Assembly: GCA_963718725.1 (NCBI GenBank)
Contig: OY970374.1
Location: 2,259,215 to 2,323,214 of the forward strand
From: an uncultured Actinomycetota bacterium
GTDB lineage: Bacteria; Actinomycetota; Actinomycetes; Propionibacteriales; Nocardioidaceae
Length of the DNA stretch: 64,000 nucleotides
Direction of reading: 5' to 3'
Shown: positions 18,649-26,953 of the stretch, in pieces
Position numbering within the stretch: position 1 is the stretch's first letter
Layout: the number at the start of each line of letters is the position of its first letter
Made by a program: the position numbers and the translations under genes
The notes under the pieces: model-generated
What the model was told of the DNA's origin: nothing
Database searches by the model: none
What the model saw: only the letters and a program-made list of their open reading frames with translations

Positions 18649-19146
18649 TCAGGTCAGGTCGCGGTACATCACGTGCAGCCCGACGTGCCCTCGTGACGCC
18701 GAGTCGAAGGCGCCGGGCACGGTGCCGACGATCTCGAAACCGAGGCCCTGCCACAGCCGCACGGCGGCCGTGTTGGTCGCGACGACCGCGTTGAACTGGA
18801 TGCCCCGGTAGCCCTGCTCCCGCAGCCGGTCGACCGCGTGCTCGCCGAGCGCCCGGCCGACACCACGCCCGCGCGCGGCGGCCGCGACCATGAACGACGC
18901 GGTGCCGACGTGGCGGCCCCGGCCCGGCCGGTTCGGCCCGTACTTCGCGGTGCCCAGGACCTGGCCGTCCGACTCCAGCACCACCGTCTCGCCAGGGGGT
19001 CGCTCCATCCAGAGCGCGCGCGCCTGGTCCGACGTCAGGTCCTCGGGGTAGGCGTAGGTCTCCCCGGCGGCGACGACCTCCAGGAACACCGGCCAGATCG
19101 CGGGCCAGTCGGCGTCCGTGGCCGGTCGGATCCGCCGATCCGTCAT
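18649..19146 (-). CDS. GNAT family N-acetyltransferase
   Basis: This is the C-terminal 165 aa of ORF 18649..19881, from the ATG at 19146: MTDRRIRPATDADWPAIW...AAARGRGVGRALGEHAV. There is an ATGA overlap with the upstream gene. Confidence 0.8.
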   Translation of the reverse strand: MTDRRIRPATDADWPAIWPVFLEVVAAGETYAYPEDLTSDQARALWMERPPGETVVLESDGQVLGTAKYGPNRPGRGRHVGTASFMVAAAARGRGVGRALGEHAVDRLREQGYRGIQFNAVVATNTAAVRLWQGLGFEIVGTVPGAFDSASRGHVGLHVMYRDLT

Positions 19147-19868
19147 CGGGGCGCCCGGTCGGTGATGCAGTACGCCGAGCCGGTGGGGTCGGCCAGCACG
19201 GTCCAGGCGTCGTAGGACTCGACGTGCGTGGCCCCCAGGGCCAGGTGGCGCTCGGTCTCCGCGGCCCGGTCGGAGCACCCGAGGTCCAGGTGGGCGCGGA
19301 CCTCGCCGCCTTCGTCGTCGAGCCGCTGCACCAGCAGCTCCAGCCCCTGGTCGACCGGCCGGCGCAGCCGCCGGAACTCCGGCCGGATCGACGGCACCGG
19401 CTCGCGGCCCGTCACCGCCAGCCAGAAGGCCAGCTCGCGCTCGAACTCGTCGGCGGGGATGTCGAGGCACACCTGGTCGACCAGGGTGCGGTGCCCGCCG
19501 GGCCAGACGCTCGCGGGTGCAGGCCGCGATGCCGGATGGCTGACGAAGCAGAACGGGAACCCGCCCGGTGAGCTCAGCACCACGTGACCACGGTCGGCGA
19601 CCTCGACGGCGCCCAGGGCCAGCGCCCGGTCGGCGGCGACCCGCGGCTCGGCGACGTGGAGGTCGAGATGCATCCCCGGCGTACCGGACCCCAGCCGCTG
19701 CACCCGCAGGTGCGCGTCGCCCTCGGACGGGACCAGCGTCACGAACTCGCCGTGGACCCCGCGCGCCGGGGAGACCTCCCAGCCGGAGACGTCGCGCCAG
19801 AACGCGAGGCTGGCGGCGTGCGACTCGGGTGCCAGGTCGAGGAACCCACTGACCCAGAACGGGGTCAC
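19143..19868 (-). CDS. Tandem-domain VOC (glyoxalase-like) protein
   Basis: ORF 19143..20540 is trimmed to the GTG at 19868. There are two repeats of the VOC pattern (FWRDVSGWEV...HLDLHV...; FWLAVTGREP...HLDLGC...). There is a GTGA overlap with the upstream gene. Confidence 0.7.
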   Translation of the reverse strand: MTPFWVSGFLDLAPESHAASLAFWRDVSGWEVSPARGVHGEFVTLVPSEGDAHLRVQRLGSGTPGMHLDLHVAEPRVAADRALALGAVEVADRGHVVLSSPGGFPFCFVSHPASRPAPASVWPGGHRTLVDQVCLDIPADEFERELAFWLAVTGREPVPSIRPEFRRLRRPVDQGLELLVQRLDDEGGEVRAHLDLGCSDRAAETERHLALGATHVESYDAWTVLADPTGSAYCITDRAPR

Positions 19869-20386
19869 AGGTCCACCGCACCGTCGACGGACTCGCGGAT
19901 CAGGTCGGCGTGGCCGCAGTGCCGGGCGTACTCCTCCACGAGGTGCACCAGGATCCAGCGGAGGCTGAAGTGCTTCCGGTAGCGCTCGCGCTCTGCGAGC
20001 GCGTCGAGCCCGACCTCGTCGATCGCTCGTCGGTAGATCGCGTCGGCGGCTGCGATCTCGGCGTCGTGCAGGCGGCGGAGCTCGGCGGGCGGGTCGAGGG
20101 CGGCCGACGTCAGCTCCCAGTCGGGATCGGCGTCCCAGTCGGCGGAGGCCCACGGCTCGGTCATCTCCTCGCCCTCGAACACGTACGTCGCCCAGTACCG
20201 CTCGACGTGCGCGAGGTGCTTGAGCAGCGCTCCGAGCGTGAGCGTGCTGGGCGGCAACCGGGTGGCGAGCTGCTGCGCGTCGAGACCGTCCGTCTGCCGT
20301 CGCAGCGTGGCGCGGAAGTAGTCGAGGAACGCCAGGAGCGTGGTGGACTCGTCCGCCGCGGCCGGCGGGTGGGTGCGCGCGGTCAC
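19865..20386 (-). CDS. DinB-superfamily protein (DUF664, mycothiol-transferase-like)
   Basis: ORF 19865..20620 is trimmed to the GTG at 20386. Motifs are LLAFLDYFRATLRRQTDGL, LLKHLAHVERYW and ILVHLVEEYARHCGHADLIRE. There is a GTGA overlap upstream. Confidence 0.7.
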   Translation of the reverse strand: MTARTHPPAAADESTTLLAFLDYFRATLRRQTDGLDAQQLATRLPPSTLTLGALLKHLAHVERYWATYVFEGEEMTEPWASADWDADPDWELTSAALDPPAELRRLHDAEIAAADAIYRRAIDEVGLDALAERERYRKHFSLRWILVHLVEEYARHCGHADLIRESVDGAVDL

Positions 20387-20757
20387 GTGACCGGTACGCA
20401 GTCGTTGCCGCAGTCGCCGACCGAGGCGCTGGGGCCGTCCGCGTGCGAGGCCGGACGGTGGAGGACCGCGGACTCCGGGGTGAACGCGATGCCCGCGTCG
20501 TCGGCGGCCGCGGTGCCGTCGACCAGCAGCGTGTGACCACGGTCGTCGACCGGGGGGAAGAGCAGCGTGGCGGCGGGCTGGGCGGCGAGGTTGGCGGCCG
20601 AGCCGCGGCTGGCGGGACACCGGAGCACGCCCTCGACGAGGGTCGGCTCGACCGTCACCGCCTTCACGCGGCCGTCGCCGGAGGCGGTCAGGAGGTAGCC
20701 GGGGCCCCGGCCGGCCAGGGCCTCGCCGAGCTGCTCGATCTCCACAGGAACGCTCAC
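20383..20757 (-). CDS. Pyridoxamine 5'-phosphate oxidase (PPOX)-like split-barrel family protein
   Basis: ORF 20383..20943 is trimmed to the GTG at 20757 (alternative GTG at 20745, with GGAGG 11 nt upstream). Motifs are YLLTASGDGRVKAVTV, LLVDGTA and AVLHRPA. The assignment is from recollection. Confidence 0.55.
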   Translation of the reverse strand: MSVPVEIEQLGEALAGRGPGYLLTASGDGRVKAVTVEPTLVEGVLRCPASRGSAANLAAQPAATLLFPPVDDRGHTLLVDGTAAADDAGIAFTPESAVLHRPASHADGPSASVGDCGNDCVPVT

Positions 20758-20839
20758 CTCCCAGACCCTAGCCGCGCCGATTGCAACCTGCCTGCGCCAT
20801 TTCGCGTCTTGGGAGCGATGGAATGGAGGTGCACACCGG

Positions 20840-21400
20840 ATGCACGCACTGGCGCCCACGGGGGTGACGATGGCTCGGGCGATGACCCGTGACGAGGACT
20901 TCTCGTCGTACATGCACGCCCGCCAGCCCAGCCTGCTGCGCACCGCCTACCTCCTGACCGGGGACCGCCACTCCGCCGAGGACCTCGTCCAGACCGCCTT
21001 CGCCAAGCTCTACCTCTCCTGGGACAAGGTCAACGACCGCGGTTCCCTCGACGGCTACGTGCGTCGGATCCTGGTCAACGAGCACAACTCGCTGTGGCGC
21101 CGCGCCTGGAAGCGCCGCGAGACGACCACCGACGAGCTGCCCGACCGTCCCCACCACGACGACCTGGACCACGGCACCGGCACCGCGCTCTGGGACCTGG
21201 TCCAGACGCTGCCCACCAAGGCCCGCGCCGTGGTCGTGCTCCGCTACTACGAGGAGCTCTCGGAAGCCGAGACCGCCGAGACGCTCGGCATCTCCGTCGG
21301 GACCGTGAAGTCCCAGGCCAGCCGCGCTCTGGCCGCGCTGCGTGACCGCGCACCCCAGACCCTGAACCCGACCCTGGACCCCCGGGAGGAGGACCGATGA
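20840..21400 (+). CDS. ECF sigma factor (SigE-family, TIGR02983-like)
   Basis: ORF track, 186 aa (GGAGG 9 nt upstream; later ATGs at 20870/20882 are possible). Region 2 is LLRTAYLLTGDRHSAEDLVQTAF. Region 4 is VVVLRYYEELSEAETAETLGISVGTVKSQASRAL. Confidence 0.85.
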   Translation: MHALAPTGVTMARAMTRDEDFSSYMHARQPSLLRTAYLLTGDRHSAEDLVQTAFAKLYLSWDKVNDRGSLDGYVRRILVNEHNSLWRRAWKRRETTTDELPDRPHHDDLDHGTGTALWDLVQTLPTKARAVVVLRYYEELSEAETAETLGISVGTVKSQASRALAALRDRAPQTLNPTLDPREEDR

Positions 21401-22647
21401 ACGACGTCCCCCACGGACTGGCGTCCGAGCTGACCCGCCAGCTCCACGCCCAGGTCGACGACTGGCACCACGCACCCCTGACCCTCGACGACGTGCAGGG
21501 CAAGGCCCGCGCCATCCGACGCCGCCGCGCTGCCGTCACCACCGGCATCGCCGCGGCCGCGGTCGTGGCCGTCCTGCTGCCCGCCGGGCTCGTCCTCGAC
21601 GACCCCGGCACCCCACGGCCCTCGCCGGCGCCCTCACCCACGGAAGCGGTCGAGCCGACGCCGAATCCCGACGGCACGTTCCCGCTGACGCTCGACGTCC
21701 CGGAGGGTGAAGTCCCGGCCACCGGCTACCTCACCCTCGACGACCAGCAGCTCGTGACGCAGGCCGGCCGGTTCGACGTGCCCGGCCACTTCGTGCAGAT
21801 CGCGCCGTACGACGGCGGCTGGGTCGGCATCCGCGCCGGGGACTCGGGGGCCTACCAGCCCACGGCCGCCCAGGTCGTAGTGCTCGACGCCGACTTCCAG
21901 GAGGTCTCCGCCGTCATCGGCGGGCCGGCCCTCGCCATCAGCGCGGACGGCAGCCGGGTTGCCTGGGTCGAGGCCCGCGGGACCGGCGACGACTGGACGG
22001 TCGTGAACGCCCCGACCGACGGCGGCGAGCCGATCCTCACTCCGACCCGGCCCCTCACCCAGGTCGAGGGCTTCCTGGCCGACGACGCCGTGGCCACGTC
22101 CCACTTCGAGAACCCCGACGACTACTACTCCTACGGACAGGCCACCCCGGAGGGCGAGTTCGACGCCATCCCGCTCGCGGGCTACCAGCGCGTCGGGGGC
22201 GTCTCCGCGACCAGTGGCCTGGCCGCGGGGCAGACGAAGTTCCTCGGCGACCGCACCTGCTCGGAGGTCCGCAACACCGACACCGCCCAGAAGCAGCTCG
22301 TCTACGAGACCTGCGACTACCAGCTCGCCGACTTCAGCCCCGACGGCCGGTGGCTGATCGGGTACGCCACCTACTACGACCTCGGCTCGCCGACGCTCGC
22401 GATCCTGGACGCCGCCACCGGCGACCCGGTGGTCGAGTACCTCAGCAGCCGCGAGCAGGCGGAAGCCGCGACGGTGCTCGCGGCGGCCTGGGAGGACGAC
22501 GACACCGTGATCGCCATGGTCGAGCAGGGCGGTCAGCAGGCCGTGCTGCGGCTCGAGGCGGACGGCACGGCGACCCGGGTCTCCGACGTGCGGGACGCCG
22601 CGATGTCGATCGAGTTCTTCCTGCCGCAGCACCTGTTCGGGCAGTGA
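21397..22647 (+). CDS. Sigma-associated membrane-anchored protein with beta-propeller-like ectodomain (putative anti-sigma/sensor)
   Basis: ORF track, 416 aa, with an ATGA overlap with the sigma gene. It has a short cytoplasmic N-terminus, an RRRR + TM (AVTTGIAAAAVVAVLLPAGLVL), a Pro-rich linker and TolB-like SPDGRWL/SADGSRVAW repeats. Confidence 0.65.
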   Translation: MNDVPHGLASELTRQLHAQVDDWHHAPLTLDDVQGKARAIRRRRAAVTTGIAAAAVVAVLLPAGLVLDDPGTPRPSPAPSPTEAVEPTPNPDGTFPLTLDVPEGEVPATGYLTLDDQQLVTQAGRFDVPGHFVQIAPYDGGWVGIRAGDSGAYQPTAAQVVVLDADFQEVSAVIGGPALAISADGSRVAWVEARGTGDDWTVVNAPTDGGEPILTPTRPLTQVEGFLADDAVATSHFENPDDYYSYGQATPEGEFDAIPLAGYQRVGGVSATSGLAAGQTKFLGDRTCSEVRNTDTAQKQLVYETCDYQLADFSPDGRWLIGYATYYDLGSPTLAILDAATGDPVVEYLSSREQAEAATVLAAAWEDDDTVIAMVEQGGQQAVLRLEADGTATRVSDVRDAAMSIEFFLPQHLFGQ

Positions 22648-22650
22648 TCG

Positions 22651-23697
22651 TCAGACCAGCACCTCGGTGACCGGCAGCGAGGAGTCGGCTGGGAGGTCGA
22701 GCGCCGACGGCGGCCGGTTCCTCGCGACCATCTCCGCGCCGAGCGCGGCGACCATCGCGCCGTTGTCGGTGCACAGCCCCGGCCGGGGCACCCGGACCCT
22801 CAGCCCGCGCGCAGCAGCGCGCTCCTCGGCCAGCGCCCGCAGCCGCGAGTTGGCCGCGACCCCGCCCCCGATCAGCAGGTCCTCGATGCCCTCGCTGACG
22901 GCCGCGTCGATCGCCTTGCGCGTCAGCACGTCGCACACGGCCTCCTGGAAGGACGCCGCGACGTCGGCCACCGGGACCGGCTCCCCCGCGCGCTCGCGCG
23001 CCTCGACCCAGCGCGCGACCGCCGTCTTGAGCCCCGAGAACGAGAAGTCGAACCGGTGCCGCTCGAGGTCGCGGCGGGAGGAGAGACCGCGGGGGAAGTC
23101 GATGGCGACGGTGCTCCCCTCGCGGGCCACGCGGTCGATGTGGGGGCCGCCGGGGAACGGCAGGCCGAGCAGCCGCGCCACCTTGTCGAACGCCTCGCCG
23201 GCCGCGTCGTCGATCGTCGCGCCGAGCGGCACGACGTCGCCCGTGACGTCGGAGACCCGCAGCAGGCTGGAGTGGCCACCCGAGACCAGCATCGCCAGGC
23301 ACGGCTCCGGCAGCGCCCCGTGCTCGAGCTGGTCCACGGCGACGTGCGCGGCGAGGTGGTTGACGCCGTAGATCGGCTTGCCGAGCCCGATTGCGAGGGC
23401 CTTGGCCGCCGCGACGCCGACGAGCAACGCGCCGGCGAGGCCGGGCCCGCTGGTCACCGCGATGGCGTCGACGTCGTACAGCTCGACGCCGGCGGTCTCG
23501 CAGGCCCGCTCGATCGTCGGCACCATCGCCTCGAGGTGGGCCCGGCTGGCGACCTCGGGCACGACTCCGCCGAACCGGGCGTGCTCCTCGACGCTGCTCG
23601 CGACCGCGTCGGCCAGCAGCGTGTGGCCCCGCACGATCCCGACACCGGTCTCGTCGCACGAGGTCTCGATGCCGAGGACGAGCGGGGCATCGGTCAT
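22651..23697 (-). CDS. tsaD: tRNA N6-adenosine threonylcarbamoyltransferase TsaD
   Basis: ORF 22651..24129 is trimmed to the ATG at 23697 (alternative 23706). Motifs are [23 protein letters not shown] and SGGHS. Confidence 0.9.
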   Translation of the reverse strand: MTDAPLVLGIETSCDETGVGIVRGHTLLADAVASSVEEHARFGGVVPEVASRAHLEAMVPTIERACETAGVELYDVDAIAVTSGPGLAGALLVGVAAAKALAIGLGKPIYGVNHLAAHVAVDQLEHGALPEPCLAMLVSGGHSSLLRVSDVTGDVVPLGATIDDAAGEAFDKVARLLGLPFPGGPHIDRVAREGSTVAIDFPRGLSSRRDLERHRFDFSFSGLKTAVARWVEARERAGEPVPVADVAASFQEAVCDVLTRKAIDAAVSEGIEDLLIGGGVAANSRLRALAEERAAARGLRVRVPRPGLCTDNGAMVAALGAEMVARNRPPSALDLPADSSLPVTEVLV

Positions 23698-23703
23698 GGC
23701 CGC

Positions 23704-23722
23704 CATTGTGCCGGGGACAATG
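23704..23722. promoter_or_regulatory. Inverted repeat CATTGT-N7-ACAATG between the divergent tsaD and GNAT starts
   Basis: Seen directly. It occupies most of the 30-nt gap between 23697 (tsaD ATG) and 23728 (GNAT GTG). Confidence 0.3.
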
Positions 23723-23727
23723 CTGGG

Positions 23728-24471
23728 GTGCGCGTCGTGGGGGTCTCCGAGCTCGGCCACCTGCCCTTCGTGCGGCATGCCGTCGACCCGGGCCGCGTCC
23801 TCGGGGCGTGGCGGCTCGACGAGGCGGCCGCGGTGCTGGCTCGGCGGCCGATGGCACGCGAGCTGCTGACCACGATCACCTGCTTCGGCCCGGCTCCCGA
23901 CCAGACGCGGCTGCTTGCCGCCCTGACCGCGGAGGTCGCGCCGCCGGACCGGCTCACCGTGGCCGCTCCGGTCGAGGTCGTGCCGGACGGCTGGCGGCTG
24001 CGCGAGGTGCGCCACTGGCACTGGATGCTGAGCAGCACGCCGCCGTCCGGCGAGCCGCCCGACGTGGTCGAGGTGGACGACCCCGACGAGGTGGACGCGC
24101 TGCTCGACGCGGCCGCCCCGGACTCCCACGCGCGGCCTGGGACGCCCGGGGTCGAGGCCTGGCTCGGGCTGCGCGACGGGCGCTCACTCGTGGCGGTCGG
24201 CGCCGTGGTCCGCCAGCCCGACGGGTCCGGTCACCTCCGCGCGGTGACCGTCGCGCCGCACGCGCGCGGCCGCGGGCTCGGGCGGGAGCTGAGCGTCGCC
24301 CTCACCCATCGCGCGATGCGCGGTCCGGGCGTCGCCAGCCTGGGGGTGTACGCCGACAACGAGCCGGCGCTGCGGATCTACCACGGCCTCGGCTACGAGG
24401 TCGCCCACGCGTTCACGTCGGGCCCGGTCACCGGCAGCTCGAGGACGACCGCGGTCGCACCGTCGCGGTAG
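23728..24471 (+). CDS. GNAT family N-acetyltransferase (about 247 aa, with an N-terminal accessory domain)
   Basis: ORF 23056..24471 is trimmed to the in-frame GTG at 23728, where GC3 becomes coding-like. The sequence reads ...HWHWMLS...[25 protein letters not shown]...[15 protein letters not shown]. No minus-strand frame in this gap looks coding. Confidence 0.65.
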   Translation: MRVVGVSELGHLPFVRHAVDPGRVLGAWRLDEAAAVLARRPMARELLTTITCFGPAPDQTRLLAALTAEVAPPDRLTVAAPVEVVPDGWRLREVRHWHWMLSSTPPSGEPPDVVEVDDPDEVDALLDAAAPDSHARPGTPGVEAWLGLRDGRSLVAVGAVVRQPDGSGHLRAVTVAPHARGRGLGRELSVALTHRAMRGPGVASLGVYADNEPALRIYHGLGYEVAHAFTSGPVTGSSRTTAVAPSR

Positions 24472-24863
24472 TAGCGCCGCCGATGAGCCAGCTCGGTGAA
24501 CCCGGCCGCGCGGTAGAACGCGAGCGCGGCCGTGTTGTCCTCGCGCACTTCGAGCAGCAGCCGCTCGGCCCCGTCGGCCCGGGCCAGCCGGACGACCTCG
24601 GCGAGCAGCCGGGTAGCCACACCGTCTCGCCGATGGGCCGGGTCGACAGCGATCCGCTGCAGCTCGGCGACGTCACCGGCCACGCTCACCGTGACGTAGC
24701 CGGTGACCAGTCCGTCCTCTCGGGACACGAGGTAGTGGACCGTCGGCAGCTCGCCGGTGATCCCCTGCTCGACCAGCACCGCTGACCACGCGTCCGGCCC
24801 CAGCGCGACCAGCTCCAGCGCCGCGACCCCCGCCACGTCCTCGGCTGTCGCCGCCTCGATCAT
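24393..24863 (-). CDS. rimI: Ribosomal-protein-alanine N-acetyltransferase
   Basis: ORF 24393..24971 is trimmed to the ATG at 24863 (ATGA overlap with tsaB). Motifs are ELQRIAVDPAHRRDGVATRLL, NTAALAFYRAAGF and RRRYYRDG. Confidence 0.8.
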   Translation of the reverse strand: MIEAATAEDVAGVAALELVALGPDAWSAVLVEQGITGELPTVHYLVSREDGLVTGYVTVSVAGDVAELQRIAVDPAHRRDGVATRLLAEVVRLARADGAERLLLEVREDNTAALAFYRAAGFTELAHRRRYYRDGATAVVLELPVTGPDVNAWATS

Positions 24864-25537
24864 GAGTTGGTTCCTGAGGAGGGCGCCCCGCGCCCGTCTC
24901 GAACGGCCGGCTTGCGCGGCCCGGGCATCACGGCGTCGGGCCGTCGCAGGTAGAGCGGCTCGGGGTCGCACAGCTCGGCCCGTTCCTCGGCCACGGTCCG
25001 AGCCAGCCAGCCGGCACTCGGCCGGCGAGGCCCGATCGGAGTCGGGAAGTGCTCGGGGAAGAGCAGCGCGCCCTCGCCCACCACCTGCCCGTCATCAGCG
25101 AGGACGTCCGGCCGGTCGACGACCGGGCCGGTGAGCCGCTGCCCGTCCTCGTCGTAGGTCGCGAGGTAGACCTCCTTGCGTCGCGCGTCGGTCGCCACCG
25201 CGAAGTCCCCGATGACGGCCCCGGTGTCGACCGCCTCGACCGCGAGCACGTCGAGCGAGCACACGCCGTAGACGGGCAGGTCGAGCACGAAGCCGAGCGT
25301 GCGGGCGGTGACCAGCCCCACCCGCAGCCCGGTGAACGGACCGGGGCCGACCCCGACGGCGATCGCGGTGAGGTCCTGCCGCACGAGGCCGGCACCGGTG
25401 AGGGCCCGGTCGATCAGCGGCGCGAGCTGCTCGGCGTGGCGCATCGGCTGGTCGCTGTCGAGCTCGGCCACGACGTCGGTGCCGTCGTGGAGCGCCACCG
25501 TGACGGTCGGCGTGGCGGTGTCGAAGGCGAGCAGCAC
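24860..25537 (-). CDS. tsaB: tRNA threonylcarbamoyladenosine biosynthesis protein TsaB
   Basis: ORF track, 225 aa: MLLAFDTATPTVTVAL...IAVGVGPGPFTGLRVG. Confidence 0.85.
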   Translation of the reverse strand: MLLAFDTATPTVTVALHDGTDVVAELDSDQPMRHAEQLAPLIDRALTGAGLVRQDLTAIAVGVGPGPFTGLRVGLVTARTLGFVLDLPVYGVCSLDVLAVEAVDTGAVIGDFAVATDARRKEVYLATYDEDGQRLTGPVVDRPDVLADDGQVVGEGALLFPEHFPTPIGPRRPSAGWLARTVAEERAELCDPEPLYLRRPDAVMPGPRKPAVRDGRGAPSSGTNS

Positions 25538-25546
25538 GCCGTCAGG

Positions 25547-26953
25547 CTAGTCGCCGTCCGAGGACGTGCCGCGGAGCACCCGGACCAGGTGGGCGTCGAT
25601 CGCGGAGAGCCCGGCGTGCTCCTCCGCAGGGTCCCACCACGTGAGTCCGTCGACGTCGCCCCCCGGCCGCAGGTCGTCGGCGCCGGGCAGCGTAGTCCGG
25701 TAGACGGCGACCCGCTTGATCCGGCGCTGGTGGCCGTGCTGGATCGTCGCCACCCCCGCGAACCGCACCGGCCCGGGCTCACCGCCGGTGACCGCCCGGA
25801 ACTGCTCGACGACCGCGTCGCGCGGCGGCTCGTCGGCCCCGAGCCGCGCCAGCGGCAGCTCCCACTCGGCCGTGCGCAGGTTGCGGACGAGCAGCACCCG
25901 GTCGCCGTGCTCCGGCACCAGGATCGACATCGTGAGCGGTACGTCGCGGTCGAGGTCGCGCAGGTCGTCCTCCGCGCCGGTCCAGAAGTCGACCAGCAGC
26001 GTCTCACCCGGCTTCGCCGCCAGCGGCGGGCGCCGCGAGTCGGGCACCTCCAGCTCGTACCAGCGAGGTCCGACCGGGGCCATGAGCACCCGGCGCGGGT
26101 CGTGGTCCTCGGCCTCCTCGGTGTGCGCCAGGGCCCGGATCACGCGGATCTCGAGACGCGACTCCGCCAGCCCCTCGGCGATCCCCTCGCCCCACTCGAC
26201 CACGGTGACCGCGTCGTCGAGCGCCGTGTCGAGGTCGAGGTCGTCGAGCTCGTCGATCCCGCCGAGCCGGTAGGCGTCGACGTGGACCAGCGCCGGTCCG
26301 CCGACCAGGGACGGGTGGACGCGCGCGATCACGAACGTCGGGGAGGTGACCGGGCCGCGCACCTCCAGCCCTGCGCCGAGTCCCTGGGTGAACGTCGTCT
26401 TGCCGGCCCCGAGCTCACCGCTGAGGACGACCAGGTCGCCGGCGCGCAGCTGCTCGGCCAGCGACTCACCGAGGGCGCGCATGGCGTCCGCGTCGGGGAC
26501 GTCGAACAGGAACGTGTTGAGCGGGCGGCGCAGCTCGACGTTCGGCTCGTTGCGCCGTACCTCCCGGAAGCCGCGGCGCTCCCAGAAGCCGACCGTCTCG
26601 GGCAGCTCCAGCCGCGCGACGACGGTGAGGTCGTCGTAACCCTCGGCCTCGGTGACCGCTGCCTGGATCAGCCGCGCTGCGATGCCGTGTCCCTGGGCAC
26701 CCGGCAGGACCCCGAAGCGCCGGACGTACATCGTCGTGCCGACCGGGTCGAGCACCAGCCCGCCGACCGGCTCGCCGTCGAGCCTGGCGAGCAGCCCGCC
26801 CCGGTGCGAGAGCAGCTCGGCGAGCGACTCGACCGTCTCGACGAGCGTCGCCGCGGGTGGGTCGAGCGGCGGCCGGGCCGCGAAGGCCGGCCGCACCGTG
26901 TCGAGCAGCACGGCCGCGTCCGCCGGCCCGATGAGCTGGATCTCGACGGTCAT
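25547..26953 (-). CDS. tsaE: Tri-domain fusion: GNAT acetyltransferase + TsaE (t6A ATPase) + Nudix-like domain with degenerate Nudix box
   Basis: ORF 25547..28009 is trimmed to the ATG at 26953 (ATGA overlap with the hydrolase gene). It is 468 aa with no internal stop. The GNAT motif is RRFGVLPGAQGHGIAARL. TsaE motifs are GELGAGKTTFTQGL, TSPTF, DAYRL, VEWGE and VGPRW. The C-terminal WELPLARLGADEPPRDAVVEQFRAVTG aligns to the Nudix box without its catalytic residues. Confidence 0.8.
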   Translation of the reverse strand: MTVEIQLIGPADAAVLLDTVRPAFAARPPLDPPAATLVETVESLAELLSHRGGLLARLDGEPVGGLVLDPVGTTMYVRRFGVLPGAQGHGIAARLIQAAVTEAEGYDDLTVVARLELPETVGFWERRGFREVRRNEPNVELRRPLNTFLFDVPDADAMRALGESLAEQLRAGDLVVLSGELGAGKTTFTQGLGAGLEVRGPVTSPTFVIARVHPSLVGGPALVHVDAYRLGGIDELDDLDLDTALDDAVTVVEWGEGIAEGLAESRLEIRVIRALAHTEEAEDHDPRRVLMAPVGPRWYELEVPDSRRPPLAAKPGETLLVDFWTGAEDDLRDLDRDVPLTMSILVPEHGDRVLLVRNLRTAEWELPLARLGADEPPRDAVVEQFRAVTGGEPGPVRFAGVATIQHGHQRRIKRVAVYRTTLPGADDLRPGGDVDGLTWWDPAEEHAGLSAIDAHLVRVLRGTSSDGD

